NCBI RefSeq assembly: GCF_006345805.1
Contig: NC_043010.1
Span: 54,064,001-54,128,000, forward strand
Direction of reading: 5' to 3'
From: Octopus sinensis
Lineage: Eukaryota
Length of the DNA stretch: 64,000 nucleotides
The position numbers were made by a program, and so were the translations under genes. The notes beneath the pieces are model-generated. The model did no database searches. It saw only the letters and a list, made by a program, of their open reading frames with translations, and had not been told where the DNA came from. Shown one piece after another: positions 63,904-64,000 of this stretch (positions are counted from its first letter, which is position 1; each line of letters starts with the position of its first letter).

Positions 63904-64000
63904 TATTTATATGTATATATATATACATATATATATATTATATATATATATATATATATTTATATAAATATATATATTTATATAAATATTATATATATAT
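63760..64000. repeat. (TA)n microsatellite
   Basis: direct reading. Confidence 0.95.

Overview
AT-rich, repeat-dense eukaryotic (animal) genomic DNA. The (TA)n/(AAT)n/(TCTA)n microsatellites and the tRNA-headed SINE families look like cephalopod (Octopus-like) sequence; this is an inference from repeat style, not a database result. No intact protein-coding gene can be supported, and almost all ORFs in the supplied track are microsatellite read-through. The window is a mosaic of four tRNA-derived SINE families, CR1 and RTE LINE 3' fragments, two decayed Tc1 elements (one nested inside a decayed hAT/ZMYM1-like transposase), mariner MITEs, an internally deleted mariner and a non-autonomous Helitron. 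The most notable signal is at 35.2-35.9 kb: a 477-bp-period direct repeat between (TA)n tracts, with each copy carrying a complete minimal type I hammerhead ribozyme on the minus strand (CUGAUGA-stem II-GAAA-stem III-AUA-stem I). Its quasi-palindromic stem III suits double-hammerhead cleavage, giving a retrozyme / Penelope-associated architecture. Two degenerate hammerhead-like motifs (46.25 and 54.4 kb), a shared SINE-CR1 3' hairpin, a nested-palindrome inverted repeat, an 853-bp tandem duplication and a duplicated, unidentified minus-strand pseudogene (61.4-63.2 kb) also merit follow-up. All alignments and translations were done by eye, and element boundaries are approximate unless TSD/TIR positions are given.
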